DNA of 64,000 bases from Candidatus Dormiibacterota bacterium (GCA_963709585.1 CAVPXI010000007.1:512001-576000), one strand, 5' to 3'. Counted from the first letter of the stretch, positions 1-10,710 are shown. A program made the numbers and translations. Notes: generated by a model not told the origin, from the sequence alone.

Positions 1-1
1 C

Positions 2-1012
2 GCGGCCCCGACCACATCACTGCCGCAGTGGCCCGGATCGGCACGCACCTGGGACTACCGCTACTGCTGGCTGCGCGACTCGTCGCTGGCGGCGCTCGCG
101 ACGCTGCGGCTCGGGCTGACCGATCCGGCGCGGTCGCTTGGGGCCTTCATCGGTGCGGTCGTGACCGAATCCGGACCGGTCCCGCTCGTTCGGGTCGACG
201 GGACCGCGCCTCCGGACGAGGTGGAGATTCCCGAGCTCGCCGGCTACGGCGGCGCTCGTCCTGTCCGGATCGGCAACGCCGCGGCCGGCCAGGTGCAGCT
301 CGACGTGCCCGGCGAGGTCATCGAGCTCGCGACGTCGCTCGATCGCGAATCAGCCCTGCCCGACCAGCTCCGGGCGGCGGTGCCGATCCTCGCCGGGTGG
401 CTGGTCCAGCACTGGCGCGAGCCTGACCACGGCATCTGGGAGATCCGCGGCGCGCGGGCGCGCTACACGCATTCGTTGATCACGGCGGCCAGCGGACTCG
501 AAGGCGCCGCTGCGCTCGTCGACAAGCGGGTCATCTCCGGCGACGCGGCCGCATGGCGGCACGCCGCGGCTGCGGCTGCGGCCGACCTCGGTACGGCGGG
601 TGGAGCGCTGGAGCTGCGCGTCGACGGCGGCGGAGCCGACGCTGCGCTCGCCCAGGCAGCGCTCCTCGGCGGGCTCGACGTGATCGCCGGGCGGATCGAT
701 CCCACCCTCGAACTGATCGTGGCGCGACTCGCGCGTCGCGGTCTGGTCGACCGCTACGTGGGGCAGCCCGACCCGCTCTCGGACCCCGCCGCCCCCTTCG
801 TGTTTCCGACCTTCTGGCTGGCCGGGGCGCTCGCCGCGAGGGGGCGCGACGGCTCGCGATGGCTCGAGTCGGCGCTCGCCACCCGGGGACCGCTCGGGCT
901 CTTCGGCGAGGTCGCCGATCCGGTCGATCATTCGCCGCTCGGCAACTATCCGCAGGTGCAGAGCCATGCGGCGTTCGTTCTTGCCGTGACTGCCCCACAG
1001 TTTCCTGCGTAG
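2..1012 (+). CDS. Glycoside hydrolase family 15 protein, 5'-truncated by window edge
   Basis: Frame open from base 2: AAPTTSLPQWPGSARTWDYRYCWLRDS, then PDHGIWEIRG and a C-terminal LGNYPQ..SH; these are GH15 motifs. Confidence 0.9.
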   Translation, partial: AAPTTSLPQWPGSARTWDYRYCWLRDSSLAALATLRLGLTDPARSLGAFIGAVVTESGPVPLVRVDGTAPPDEVEIPELAGYGGARPVRIGNAAAGQVQLDVPGEVIELATSLDRESALPDQLRAAVPILAGWLVQHWREPDHGIWEIRGARARYTHSLITAASGLEGAAALVDKRVISGDAAAWRHAAAAAAADLGTAGGALELRVDGGGADAALAQAALLGGLDVIAGRIDPTLELIVARLARRGLVDRYVGQPDPLSDPAAPFVFPTFWLAGALAARGRDGSRWLESALATRGPLGLFGEVADPVDHSPLGNYPQVQSHAAFVLAVTAPQFPA

Positions 1013-1013
1013 G

Positions 1014-1667
1014 TCACCCGCACGATGAGGCGAGCGGCGGAATGCCTGGATCGTGCACGCCGACCGCGACTCCCCCCGGCACCACCGCGACGCACTCGAT
1101 GTCCCGCCGCAGGGCGGTGAGCTGCGGGACGATCGCGAACAGGCGGTTCAGCGACAGGCCCGCGTCGATCTCCGAGACGAAGCCGGCGCCGGCGAATCCC
1201 GGGAGACCGAGCATCCCAACGTCCACCTCGGGGATCTGCGCGGTGATCACCGGGCCGGACGCTCCTGGCCGCAGCGAGAGGCCGATGTGCGCGACGGCGG
1301 TCGGCGTGAACGGGCCCGCGGAGACGGTGGCGGAGACGACCACAAGACCGGAGCGAACTCGCACCTGCAGGTCTCTGAACTCGTCGGGGTGCGGGTTGTT
1401 GGCGATGGCGAGCACCGTGAGGTCCTGCTCGCTGAGCACCACAACGCCGTGCGGTGCTTCCACGAGCTGGGCCACCATCGCCTTGCCGAGCGCCACCGCG
1501 ATCGCCGGCTCGGTGCCTCCGTGCGAGGGACCCGCGGGCGGCGCCCCGAGCGCCGGCGCGGCCAGGGCGCGATCGGCAAGAAAGACCGAGCCGCCCACCA
1601 CGACGAGGAGCACGATCAGTCCGAGGCAGCACCCGCGCACGATCCCGCGCTGGTCGGAGGTAGTCAC
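1014..1667 (-). CDS. Hypothetical membrane-anchored protein
   Basis: 217 aa ORF with N-terminal hydrophobic helix (RGCCLGLIVLLVVVGG), 5 bp downstream of the acylase gene. Confidence 0.7.
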   Translation of the reverse strand: MTTSDQRGIVRGCCLGLIVLLVVVGGSVFLADRALAAPALGAPPAGPSHGGTEPAIAVALGKAMVAQLVEAPHGVVVLSEQDLTVLAIANNPHPDEFRDLQVRVRSGLVVVSATVSAGPFTPTAVAHIGLSLRPGASGPVITAQIPEVDVGMLGLPGFAGAGFVSEIDAGLSLNRLFAIVPQLTALRRDIECVAVVPGGVAVGVHDPGIPPLASSCG

Positions 1668-1672
1668 AACTC

Positions 1673-4114
1673 CTATGTTCGCCCGCCGGTCTCGGCGCCG
1701 TGCGATCCCGGGACGGGGTGGAGGATCAGCCGTGTGCGGGCGTGGCGGCGCACCTGCTGCGCGCTCCAGTAAAGGGGGAACTGCCGGTTGGTGCGCCAGC
1801 GGCGAGACAGGTCGCGGTAGTGAGGTGAGCCCGGCTGTCCGGACTGGCCGGGAACGTGGATTCCGCCGCTCGCGTCCCAGTTCCCCACATCGATGACCTG
1901 GCGCCAGGACGGCGCCGAGAGCCGGGTCTCGAACGCCTCGCCCGGAACCTGGGAGGTGGCCAGGACGGTGTCGGTGTTTCCGCCAACCCTGATCGACCGG
2001 GCGTTGAAGAACCAGGCCAGGCCGCGACGGCGCCCGAAGGCGTGGATGAGCTCGAGCCGGTGGACGCGCCCCCAGGTCCAGCGACGCGAATTGCGTCCGT
2101 AACGGCCGCGAAGGTCGCTCATGGCGTCGTCCAGCGATTTCGCCACCACCTCCGCCCAGGTCGTCAAGCCTTCGAACAAGCCGTCGTCCCCGAGCTCCCA
2201 GCGTTCGATCAGCGACGGGGTCAACCGGCCGACGAGGTTACCCGGGTACTGAAAGACCGGGTGCGACAGGTCGACACCAGCGAGGATCCGCCACGCATTG
2301 CCGCAGATCGGGCTCAATGAATGCTCGGCGAGCCGGGCCATGAACGCCTCGTAGATGGTCGGTTCGACCCGGCCCGGGTCCATGACTGCGTCCCACTCCG
2401 CGAGCCGGTGGCGCACCGCCTCGGCGCCCGGATGCGCGCAGTGCATCGATCCCAGCAATCGGACCACCTGGCGCGCCGGGGGGCAGACGAGGTCCATCTG
2501 CGCCCGGGCCATGTAGGCCAGATCGACCACCCGCGCGCTGAGCAGCTCGCCGATCCTCGTGGCGCGGTAGCCGGACAGGTAGTCGGTGCCGATGTAGAAC
2601 GGGAAGCTGTTGCCGGCGATGCGGTTGTTGGCCGTGATGATCTGCTGCTCGGGAGGGTCGAACAGCTGCGGAACCTCGTCCGGGGTGAGGTATCTCGTCC
2701 ACACCGCGTCCCCGGTCCAGCCCTGCATTGGAAGCCCGCTCGGCCTCGCCTGCCGGACGGGGATCCGCCCGGACAGCAGGTAGCCAATGTGGCCGTCGAC
2801 GTCCGCGTACACGACGTTCTGCGAAGGAGCGTCGAACGGCGCGAAGGCGTCCTTGAAGCTCGCCCAGTCCCCGGCACGCTGGAGGCGGAGGAGACCTTCG
2901 GCGGCGCCCCCCGGCTGCAGCGCGGTCCACTGCAGCGCGAGCCCTCGCCAGATTGCTCGGTCCGGATCCTCGATGCGCTCGACGACCGGACCATGGCGGG
3001 TCACCACCACCTCCTCGAGCACGTCGGATGAGCCCTTGACGTGGATGATCTCGCGCAGCCGCCGGGCCGGCTCGAACCCACGCTCGGTGCGGAATCGATC
3101 GGCCGCGGGGGAATCGAACTCCTCGATGACCAGGTCCTGGCAGTCGGCAAAGGAATTGGTGAATCCCCAGGCGACGCGCTTGTTGTGGCCGATGATCACG
3201 AACGGCATCCCGGGCATGGTCACGCCGGTCGACTCGAAGTCCTCCCCGGACCGAATGTGAGCCGCGTACCAGATCGAGGGCATCCCCGGGACCAGGTGCG
3301 GATCGTTGCAGAGAATCGGCCGCCCCGACGCCGTCCGCTCGCCGGAGACGACCCAGGAGTTGCTCATCCCTCCGGCGGTGGGAATCCAGCGAGCCGCTTC
3401 CCGGAACATGGTCAGCAGCTGGGTGCGGGCGTCGCTGCCGCCGGCGGCACGAACGGTGCCCGCGAGGATGGTCGGGTTGGCGTCGGGGTAGACAATGTCG
3501 AGCCGGGCGGCGTGCTCGGGGCCGATCGCCCGGAGCAGCTCCAACCGCTGCACCTCGGTATCCCAGTTCATGCTGAGCCCGAGCGCCAGCAGCTTGAGCG
3601 CGGCGAGGCTGTGCATCGGCTCCCACGGCTCCGGGGTCACGCCGAGCAGCCGGTATTCGAGGGGCAGCGCCCGGCCCGACAGGGCGATGGCGTTGACACC
3701 GGCGGCGTACGCCTTGAGCATGCGGCGCGCCTCCGGAGCTAGGCGCAGCTCCTCCTCCCGAGCCACCCGGTGCAGCCCCACCCGGCGGATGAAGCGGTCG
3801 ATGTTCACGCCCTCGCTGCCGATCACCTCGCTGATCCGGCCGGTCGCCACCCGCCGGGTCACCTCCATCTGCCAGAGCCGGTCCTGCGCGTGGACGACAC
3901 CCACCGCGAACGCGGCGTCCTCCATCGAGGTGGCGTTGAGGTGGGGCACGCCCCAGCGATCCCGAGCGACGGTGACCTCCGCGATGAGGCCGGCGAGGCC
4001 GAGCCTGCCCCTCACCCGGGGCAACGACACGCCGAAGGTGCGATGGCGCGCGACCAGCAGAGCGGTGCAGACGACGACCACCACGGCCGCCACGGCGATG
4101 AGGGCAATGATCAT
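1673..4114 (-). CDS. Penicillin acylase family (Ntn-hydrolase) protein
   Basis: RDRWGVPH, HAQDRLWQME, nucleophile SNSWVVSG, NDPHL, PGQSGQPGSPHYRD. Confidence 0.93.
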   Translation of the reverse strand: MIIALIAVAAVVVVVCTALLVARHRTFGVSLPRVRGRLGLAGLIAEVTVARDRWGVPHLNATSMEDAAFAVGVVHAQDRLWQMEVTRRVATGRISEVIGSEGVNIDRFIRRVGLHRVAREEELRLAPEARRMLKAYAAGVNAIALSGRALPLEYRLLGVTPEPWEPMHSLAALKLLALGLSMNWDTEVQRLELLRAIGPEHAARLDIVYPDANPTILAGTVRAAGGSDARTQLLTMFREAARWIPTAGGMSNSWVVSGERTASGRPILCNDPHLVPGMPSIWYAAHIRSGEDFESTGVTMPGMPFVIIGHNKRVAWGFTNSFADCQDLVIEEFDSPAADRFRTERGFEPARRLREIIHVKGSSDVLEEVVVTRHGPVVERIEDPDRAIWRGLALQWTALQPGGAAEGLLRLQRAGDWASFKDAFAPFDAPSQNVVYADVDGHIGYLLSGRIPVRQARPSGLPMQGWTGDAVWTRYLTPDEVPQLFDPPEQQIITANNRIAGNSFPFYIGTDYLSGYRATRIGELLSARVVDLAYMARAQMDLVCPPARQVVRLLGSMHCAHPGAEAVRHRLAEWDAVMDPGRVEPTIYEAFMARLAEHSLSPICGNAWRILAGVDLSHPVFQYPGNLVGRLTPSLIERWELGDDGLFEGLTTWAEVVAKSLDDAMSDLRGRYGRNSRRWTWGRVHRLELIHAFGRRRGLAWFFNARSIRVGGNTDTVLATSQVPGEAFETRLSAPSWRQVIDVGNWDASGGIHVPGQSGQPGSPHYRDLSRRWRTNRQFPLYWSAQQVRRHARTRLILHPVPGSHGAETGGRT

Positions 4115-4151
4115 TTGAAGCGGTCTGGGAACGTACTACACTCGCGAGCCC

Positions 4152-5237
4152 ATGGCCTTGCGAACTCCACTCCACGACCGGCACGTAGCGGCAGGGGCAC
4201 GGATGGTTGAGTTCGGCGGCTTCGACATGCCGCTGCAGTACTCGACCATCCGCGAGGAGCACATCGCGGTCCGGACCCGGTGCGGCCTCTTCGACCTCTC
4301 GCACATGGGCGAGGTGCGCTTCAGCGGCGACGGCGCGCTCGACGTCGTGCAGCGCCTGGTGACCAACGACGTCGCTCGCCTCGAGGTCGGCGGGGCCCTC
4401 TACGGTGTGATGTGCAACGAGGCCGGCGGGATCGTCGACGACGTGGTCGTCTACCGAGACCCGGGCGGCTACATGGTGGTGATCAACGCCGCCTGCCGGG
4501 CGAAGGACACCGCCTGGATGCGCGGCCACGCCGAGGCTGCATCCTTTGAGGATCTCAGCGACGCGCTGGCGCTGCTGGCCGTGCAGGGCCCTCGGGCGGT
4601 CGGTGTGGTGGCAGGACTCTGTGAGGACGACGTCACCGATGTGCGCCCCTTCCACTTCAAGGACACGCGGGTGGCGGGTGTGCACGCGGCAGTCTCGCGG
4701 ACCGGCTACACCGGCGAGGATGGCTTCGAGCTCTACGTCGACGCGCCAGATGCTCCCGGACTCTGGGACGCGCTCCTCGAAGCCGGTGCCGCGGAGGGCA
4801 TGATCCCCTGCGGTCTCGGCGCGCGCGACACGCTCCGCCTCGAGGCGGGCCTGCGCCTGTACGGCCAGGACATGGACGACAACACCGACCCATACAGCTG
4901 CGCGTTGGGCTGGACCGTCAAGCTCCAGAAGGGCGAGTTCATCGGGCGCCCGGCGCTGTCCCGGCTCGACCCGTCGCGCCCCCCGCGGCGTTTTGTCGGC
5001 ATCGAGCTCCAGGGCAGGGCGATCGCCCGCCACGGCCAGCGGGTGCTCGCCGGTGGCGAGGCTGCCGGCGAAGTCACCAGCGGGACCTACAGCTTCACGC
5101 TCGACCACTCGATCGCCACCGCATCATTGGACGGCGACGTCCCGGCGGACGCCGAGCTCGCCGTCGATATCAGAGGCACCGTCGCCGCGGCAACGGTGGT
5201 GCCGCTGCCCTTCTACCGCCGCCCCAAGGGAGCCTGA
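4152..5237 (+). CDS. gcvT: Glycine cleavage system aminomethyltransferase T
   Basis: LRTPLHDRH, GLFDLSHMGE, SRTGYTGEDGFE, GLGARDTLRLEAG. Confidence 0.97.
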   Translation: MALRTPLHDRHVAAGARMVEFGGFDMPLQYSTIREEHIAVRTRCGLFDLSHMGEVRFSGDGALDVVQRLVTNDVARLEVGGALYGVMCNEAGGIVDDVVVYRDPGGYMVVINAACRAKDTAWMRGHAEAASFEDLSDALALLAVQGPRAVGVVAGLCEDDVTDVRPFHFKDTRVAGVHAAVSRTGYTGEDGFELYVDAPDAPGLWDALLEAGAAEGMIPCGLGARDTLRLEAGLRLYGQDMDDNTDPYSCALGWTVKLQKGEFIGRPALSRLDPSRPPRRFVGIELQGRAIARHGQRVLAGGEAAGEVTSGTYSFTLDHSIATASLDGDVPADAELAVDIRGTVAAATVVPLPFYRRPKGA

Positions 5238-5239
5238 AC

Positions 5240-5617
5240 GTGGCCGACCTCTCCAACTACCGGTTCACCCCCAGCCACGAGTGGGTCCGCGTCGAGGGCT
5301 CGAAGGCGACGGTGGGGATCAGTGATCACGCCCAGGCGCAGCTCGGTGACGTGATCTTTCTTGAGCTTCCCGCCGCGGGCACCGAGGTGAAGGCGGGCGC
5401 GAAGTTCGGGGCCATCGAGTCGGTGAAAGCGGCGTCCGACCTGTACGCACCGGTGAGCGGCACCGTGGCCGAGGTAAACGCCGCTCTGACCGACCGCCCC
5501 GAGCTCGTCAACTCCGATCCCTACGGAGAGGGCTGGATGCTCCGCATCGACAGCGCGGGTGACGACGCAGGTGACCTTCTCGACGAGGCCGGCTACACGA
5601 AGCTGGTCGGCGCCTGA
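5240..5617 (+). CDS. gcvH: Glycine cleavage system H protein
   Basis: SHEWV, lipoyl-Lys motif IESVKAASDLYAP, NSDPYGEGW. Confidence 0.97.
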   Translation: MADLSNYRFTPSHEWVRVEGSKATVGISDHAQAQLGDVIFLELPAAGTEVKAGAKFGAIESVKAASDLYAPVSGTVAEVNAALTDRPELVNSDPYGEGWMLRIDSAGDDAGDLLDEAGYTKLVGA

Positions 5618-5635
5618 CCTAGACTTTCTCGACGG

Positions 5636-5712
5636 GGTCAGCTAGCTCAGCTGGTTAGAGCGCGCGGTTCACATCCGCGAGGTCGAGGGTTCGAGTCCCC
5701 CGCTGACCACCA
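5636..5712 (+). tRNA. tRNA-Val (anticodon CAC)
   Basis: Cloverleaf: acceptor GGTCAGC/GCTGACC, D-arm GCTC..GAGC, anticodon arm CGCGG-TT CAC AT-CCGCG, T-loop TTCGAGT, encoded CCA; one A.C mismatch in the T-stem. Confidence 0.95.
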
Positions 5713-5749
5713 CCAGGTGTGCGCCGGCACGCTCCCTCGCCGGTACTGT

Positions 5750-6347
5750 TCACCACACCAACGGGATCAGCCGCTTCGTCCGCTTGGTGTATGCCGCATA
5801 TCCGGGAAGGTCGCGGCGCAGGAGTGCTTCCTCGGCTGCTACGCGCTGGTGGTACGCGACCCCGAGCAGTCCCGCTACCACCGCGACCACCGGAAGACTC
5901 CGCGACGTTAGTGCAAATCCTGTCCAGATCAGCAGCGATCCCGCGTACCCCGGATGGCGCACCAATCTATATGGTCCGCGCTCCACGATGCGCTGCGCCT
6001 CCTCGACGCGCAGCGTTCGCGAATAGGATTGCCCGAGCGTGCGCATCGACCAGGCCCGAATGCCGAGCCCGCCTGCTTCGAGCCCGACGCCCACCGCACC
6101 CGCTGCTCGAGGAAGCTGCGGCCGCCACCGGAGTCGCAGCAAGGGCGCGGCTATCGCGGCCGTCGTGTACGCGGCGACGATCATCCGCGTGGTCCCGCGA
6201 TCATTTCGCGAAGCGTGGAGACTTCGACGCCGCGCCGCGCCGGCGCGTCGATACCTCGAGGGCGAAGAAACCTGCAACGCCCGCATACCCGGCCGCGAAC
6301 CATGCGATTCCCTCGGCGCGCCTGCGTCGCTCGGACACCATGGTCAT
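5750..6347 (-). CDS. Isoprenylcysteine carboxyl methyltransferase (ICMT/PEMT) family membrane protein; frameshift near 6222
   Basis: GPYRLVRHPGY and EEALL..LPGYAAY motifs; hydrophobic N-terminus (GIAWFAAGYAGVAGFFALE) lies in the adjacent frame. Confidence 0.8.
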
Positions 6348-6384
6348 GGAGAGAGCGTGACACCTGGCTGCTACGCTCCGCCGT

Positions 6385-7534
6385 ATGAGTGACGACCGTC
6401 CCGTACTCCTCTTCGGGGAGACGTACCACCACCCCGACATCCTGTATCGCACCGGATTCCTCGCGCCCGATCCGGTGGTCGTCGTCGACCGCGGCGGCTC
6501 GGACACGGTGCTCTGGACGAGCGCGCTCGAGGAGGGCCGAGCTCGCAAGCAGGCTTCGGTGGGCGAGGTGCGCAGCACCGTGGAGCTGGACATCCCGGCC
6601 GGGCCCGCGGGAGGCAACGAATACGACGGTTGGGCGGCCCTGTTGGTGGCCGTCTGTCGCGAGCACGGTCTCAGTGCCGTCGATGTGGACAGCGACTTTC
6701 CCACCGTGCTCGCCGACCACCTCAGGCACAACGATGTCGACGTCCGGCCGCGCACGGACATCTACCAGCAGCGGCGCCGGATCAAGACACCCCAGGAGGT
6801 GGTGTGGATCACCTCCACGGAGAACGCCGGCATGGCGGGGCTCCAGAAGGCCATCGATGTGATCGCCGCGGCAGAGATCCGCGACGGCCTGCTCGTCCAC
6901 GAAGGGCGCAACCTCACCAGCAAGGACCTCATCTTCACCATCGAGAGCCACCTCCTCGAACAGGGCTGCAGCACCGAGGACTTCGATCGCCTGCGGCGGC
7001 CCTGAATCGGCGGATCCTCACCGGGCGATGAGCGACGTGATTCGCGCGGGCCTGCCGATCGTGCTCGACATCTACCCGTTCAACAAGACCACGCGGTACT
7101 GGGGCGACATGACCCGCACCGTCGTTCGCGGAACGCCGCCGCCGCAGGTGGAGCGCATGTGGGATGCCGTGCTCGAAGCCCAGCAGGCGGGCCTCGACAC
7201 CGTGAAGCCGGGAGCGAACGGACGCGACGTGCATTACGCGTGCTGCGAGGTCTTCAAGAAGCACGGCTACGCGTCGCTGGCCAGGCCGTATCGAGATATC
7301 CAGAGCGATGCGCGCTTTATTCACGGGACCGGGCACGGGCTCGGGCTCGAGATCCACGAGTTCCCCCGCGTCAACGAATCGGACGTCGTCCTCGAAGTCG
7401 GGGATGTGATCACTGTCGAGCCCGGGCTCTACGACCCGAGCCTTGGTGGCATCCGCATCGAGGACCTCGTGGTGGTCACCGCGACCGGCTGCCGAAACCT
7501 CACCACCCTGCCGAAGACCTTCCGGCTGGCCTGA
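6385..7534 (+). CDS. Xaa-Pro peptidase (M24) family protein; frameshift near 6982
   Basis: Creatinase-like N-half in 6385..7005; catalytic half YWGDMTRT, HGTGHGLGLEIHE, TVEPGLY, GIRIED in the next frame; removing one T joins them (EDSIACGGPESADPH). Confidence 0.9.
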
Positions 7535-7590
7535 GAGCGGCTCCTGCTACACTGCGAGCGCTTCTCATCGAGGAGCGTTTCCACATAACG

Positions 7591-7672
7591 CTTTCCTGCG
7601 CCCGGATCGCGACTGCCTGATCACCTCGGCAGCCGCAGCACCCCGGGCGCCGCAAGCCCAGAGGAAAGGAGG
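7591..7672 (+). promoter_or_regulatory. Putative S6:S18 autoregulatory leader RNA of rpsF
   Basis: CTTTCCT can pair with SD-containing AGGAAAG; inner stem GCGCCCGG/CCGGGCGC; immediately 5' of rpsF, where this motif is known to lie. Confidence 0.65.
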
Positions 7673-7680
7673 TGCCACGC

Positions 7681-8142
7681 ATGGTGCGTGACTACGAGCT
7701 GATGTACATCGTCCGGCCGGAGCTGGAGGATGACGCGGTGCGCGTCGCCGTGAAGTCGGTGCGCGGCCTGATCGAGTCCCAGGGCGGCGAGGTCGTCAAG
7801 ACCACGCTGTGGGGCAAGCGGCGTCTCGCCTACGAGGTCAAGCGGCTTCGCGAAGGGCACTACGTCCTGGTCGTGTTCCACCTCGACGGCGACAAGGTCG
7901 CGGAGATCGAGCGCGCGCTCCGGATCCACGACACCGTGTTCCGCCACCTCATCGTCGTCCACGAGGGTCCGATGCCGGAGCCCGAGGCCGAGATCGAGGA
8001 GGTGCAGGGACCGATCGAGCCCGCTGCTGACATCGACGGCGCAGACGCGGATACTGTCGATGCAGGGTCCGTGGGTGGGGACGACGATCTGGAAGCAGAC
8101 GACGTGCCCTCGGCAATCGACGAAGACGAAGGAGATTTGTGA
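7681..8142 (+). CDS. rpsF: 30S ribosomal protein S6 with acidic C-terminal tail
   Basis: RDYELMYIVRP, WGKRRLAYEV, EGHY; SD AGGAGG. Confidence 0.96.
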   Translation: MVRDYELMYIVRPELEDDAVRVAVKSVRGLIESQGGEVVKTTLWGKRRLAYEVKRLREGHYVLVVFHLDGDKVAEIERALRIHDTVFRHLIVVHEGPMPEPEAEIEEVQGPIEPAADIDGADADTVDAGSVGGDDDLEADDVPSAIDEDEGDL

Positions 8143-8597
8143 TGGCGGGTTCCCTCAATCGCGTGATGCTCATCGGCAGGCTGACCCGCGACCCCGAGCT
8201 TCGCTACACGCCGAGCGGCACCGCCGTGTGCAACCTGGCGCTCGCGACCAATCGCTACGGGAGCGACCCGGCGACCGGGGAGCGCAAGGAGTTCACCGAC
8301 TACCACGACGTGGTCGTCTGGAACCAGGGCACCCGCAAGCTCGCCGAGACCACCGCGCAGTACCTGCAGAAGGGCCGGCTCGTCTATGTCGAGGGCAGGT
8401 TGCAGACCCGCTCCTGGGACGACGCCCAGAGCGGCCAGAAGCGCTACAAGACCGAGGTCAACGCCAACGATGTGCAGTTCCTGGACAGCGCAGGCGGCCG
8501 TCAGGAAGGTGGTGCGCCTGCCGGCGACGGCGGCGCCGCGGTGCCGGTCACGGTTCCTGCGGGTGGCGACGTCGACCCTGATGACATTCCGTTCTGA
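8142..8597 (+). CDS. ssb: Single-stranded DNA-binding protein
   Basis: [30 protein letters not shown]-terminal DDIPF. Confidence 0.98.
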   Translation: MAGSLNRVMLIGRLTRDPELRYTPSGTAVCNLALATNRYGSDPATGERKEFTDYHDVVVWNQGTRKLAETTAQYLQKGRLVYVEGRLQTRSWDDAQSGQKRYKTEVNANDVQFLDSAGGRQEGGAPAGDGGAAVPVTVPAGGDVDPDDIPF

Positions 8598-8608
8598 GCT
8601 GGAGAGCC

Positions 8609-8836
8609 ATGCCTGATTTCGACCGCCGCCGCCGCAAGGTGTGCAGCTTTTGCCTGGAGCACATCGATTTCATCGACTACAAAGAGGTCACGCGCCTGCG
8701 CCGCTACCTCTCGGAACGGGGCAAGATCCTGCCGCGGCGCATGACCGGCACGTGTGCCCGGCACCAGCGGACGCTGACGGTTGCGCTGAAGCGGGCGCGG
8801 CACATCGCGCTGTTGCCATTTGCGGAGATCCGCTAA
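8609..8836 (+). CDS. rpsR: 30S ribosomal protein S18 (Zn-binding C+ type)
   Basis: [36 protein letters not shown]. Confidence 0.97.
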   Translation: MPDFDRRRRKVCSFCLEHIDFIDYKEVTRLRRYLSERGKILPRRMTGTCARHQRTLTVALKRARHIALLPFAEIR

Positions 8837-10131
8837 GAGCTCGGTCCGGCGCACGGAGTTGGGCTCAAGGCATCGTTGAGGTACGCGGCGCAGCTGCCTG
8901 GTGCCGGACCGCCGCCTTCGAAGACTTCGACCTCCCAACCCAGCGCTGATGAAGCCACGACCGACAGGGAGACCGGTTGACCTGGGACCTGGTCAGATGG
9001 CGTGAAGAATTCGGGGAGACCCCCGCAGCGGATCGTCGCGACTTGCGGAGTGCTGGTCGCGATCTTCAACGATCCAGCCCCTGAGCAGTCGACTCCGATC
9101 GAGTAGACCGTGGCCGCGGTGAACGCCGAGATATCGCCCGATCCCCGGCCATACGCGGTGGGTGCCACTGCTCGGGCGCCGGCGGAGGGCACCAAAATCG
9201 GCGGCGGTCCATCTGTCATGAGGATCTCCCAACTGACCGCGGAGTTGGCGGTGACATATGTCGTCACTGAACCGCCATTCGGGCCACCTTGGTTCGATTC
9301 AAACCATGAGCCATGTCCCCCTGAGGGCGTGGAGCACCCGGCGATCTCCGAGCCGAAACGTTGGTTTTGCCCTATCTGCACAGTGTCCGCAGCGGTGGCC
9401 GAGTTGCAGGCGACCTGAACATAAACGTCTTCGCCTGGTGCGAGCACGAAGGCGGGGAGAGTCGCCAACCCTGTGCCGTACGTCACCGGGACGAGAACAC
9501 GCGAGTCCGGATCAATCGTGAACGGCGGCAACAATGCCCTGCTCTGGGCCACGAAGATCTCCCAGCGCATCGATGGGTCGGCGGTGACCCGCAGCGTCAG
9601 CGGCTTGTCGTCGTAGGCTTTTGGACCCTCCACCGTCATCGTGGTGACGGCAGTGTCGGCCGAGCATTGCTCGAGGACGTTGTCGATCACGTGGTTGGTT
9701 GAGGCAATCTCGAACGAACCCGGCCCCAGACAGTCGAATTGGATATAGAGCGTCCCCTGCGGCACAAACGTCCGGAGTTGCAGCGGTCCATGGCCGCTGG
9801 TCAGCGAAATCACGACGTGGGCAGCAGTGGGAACGCCACGGTCACCGAGCAGGGGCATCGCCTTGAGGGGCGATGCAGAGGGAGAGGCGGACCTGGCGGC
9901 TGGTCCGGGTGCCGGATTGTCGTGACTTCTCAGCTCGATGGCAAACACCGCGATGCCCGCCGCGACGACGGCAGCAGCGGCCAGCCCGGCAAACAGGTTG
10001 AACATCGTGCGCCGTCCGCGACCCGGCGACTCGACCTCGATGTCCGTCAGCCCCGACGGCGGGGTTGATGATTCGATGTGCTCGAAGAAGACGCGCAGCT
10101 TCGAATCGAGACGAGGGTCGATGTCAACCAT
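8833..10131 (-). CDS. Putative anti-sigma factor: single TM helix plus repeated extracellular domains
   Basis: Start overlaps the ECF sigma stop; short cytoplasmic N-terminus, TM helix [16 protein letters not shown], three ~95-aa Cys-pair repeats. Confidence 0.65.
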   Translation of the reverse strand: MVDIDPRLDSKLRVFFEHIESSTPPSGLTDIEVESPGRGRRTMFNLFAGLAAAAVVAAGIAVFAIELRSHDNPAPGPAARSASPSASPLKAMPLLGDRGVPTAAHVVISLTSGHGPLQLRTFVPQGTLYIQFDCLGPGSFEIASTNHVIDNVLEQCSADTAVTTMTVEGPKAYDDKPLTLRVTADPSMRWEIFVAQSRALLPPFTIDPDSRVLVPVTYGTGLATLPAFVLAPGEDVYVQVACNSATAADTVQIGQNQRFGSEIAGCSTPSGGHGSWFESNQGGPNGGSVTTYVTANSAVSWEILMTDGPPPILVPSAGARAVAPTAYGRGSGDISAFTAATVYSIGVDCSGAGSLKIATSTPQVATIRCGGLPEFFTPSDQVPGQPVSLSVVASSALGWEVEVFEGGGPAPGSCAAYLNDALSPTPCAGPSS

Positions 10132-10651
10132 CGCCAAGCTCCTTTCGCAACGTGACGAGGCCTCGTGCGAGGTGGGCTCGCACGGTTCCGGGCCGGCAGC
10201 CCATGAAGACGGCGCACTCTTCAACGGAGTAACCGTGCCGGTAGTTGAGCGTGATCGCGGCCCGCTGCCTGAGCGAGAGCCGGCGATACGCCCGGTCGAT
10301 GTCGACGAACTCCGCTGCCGCCCCCGGGTCGCCGCGTGACGCAGCGTCCTCGATCAGCGCCTGCGGCGGCCACCCGCGCAAGCGCAGGTGACGGCGCCGG
10401 CTGATGCAGTGGTTGACGCAGACGCGGGTCAGCCACGAGGCGGGACGCTCCATCCCCGCCACCGAGCCCCAGGACCGCCAGGCCTTGAGCAGCGTTTCCT
10501 GAACCGCATCCTCAGCCTCACCTTCGTCTCGAAGGATCGAGAGCGCGAGCGAGTAGAGCCGCCTGGCGTCCGGAACGGCAACGGCCTCGAAGGTCCGTTC
10601 GGGCAACGCCTCGCCCGCCGGAACAACGCTCGCCGGTGCAATCACACTCAT
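10124..10651 (-). CDS. ECF RNA polymerase sigma factor
   Basis: Region 2 AEDAVQETLLKAWR and WLTRVCVN; region 4 LSLRQRAAI..YSVEECAVFMGCRPGTVRAHL. Confidence 0.92.
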   Translation of the reverse strand: MSVIAPASVVPAGEALPERTFEAVAVPDARRLYSLALSILRDEGEAEDAVQETLLKAWRSWGSVAGMERPASWLTRVCVNHCISRRRHLRLRGWPPQALIEDAASRGDPGAAAEFVDIDRAYRRLSLRQRAAITLNYRHGYSVEECAVFMGCRPGTVRAHLARGLVTLRKELGDG

Positions 10652-10710
10652 CCCAACGCTCTGCACCGCGGTTTTGCTGACACGCCGTACCTATACTGGG
10701 CCGCAGGCGC

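Noticed and set aside
4115-4151. Glycine riboswitch upstream of gcvT
   Set aside because: Only 37 bp of spacer, containing a -10 directly before the ATG
2238-5108. 956-aa minus-strand ORF and similar long overlaps (27677..30403, 14759..16303, 38428..40032)
   Set aside because: Shadow ORFs typical of high-GC DNA: Arg/Pro/Gly-rich, no motifs, overlapping clear genes
5636-5750. tRNA-Val as an island attachment site
   Set aside because: No integrase and no duplicated tRNA 3' end seen in the window
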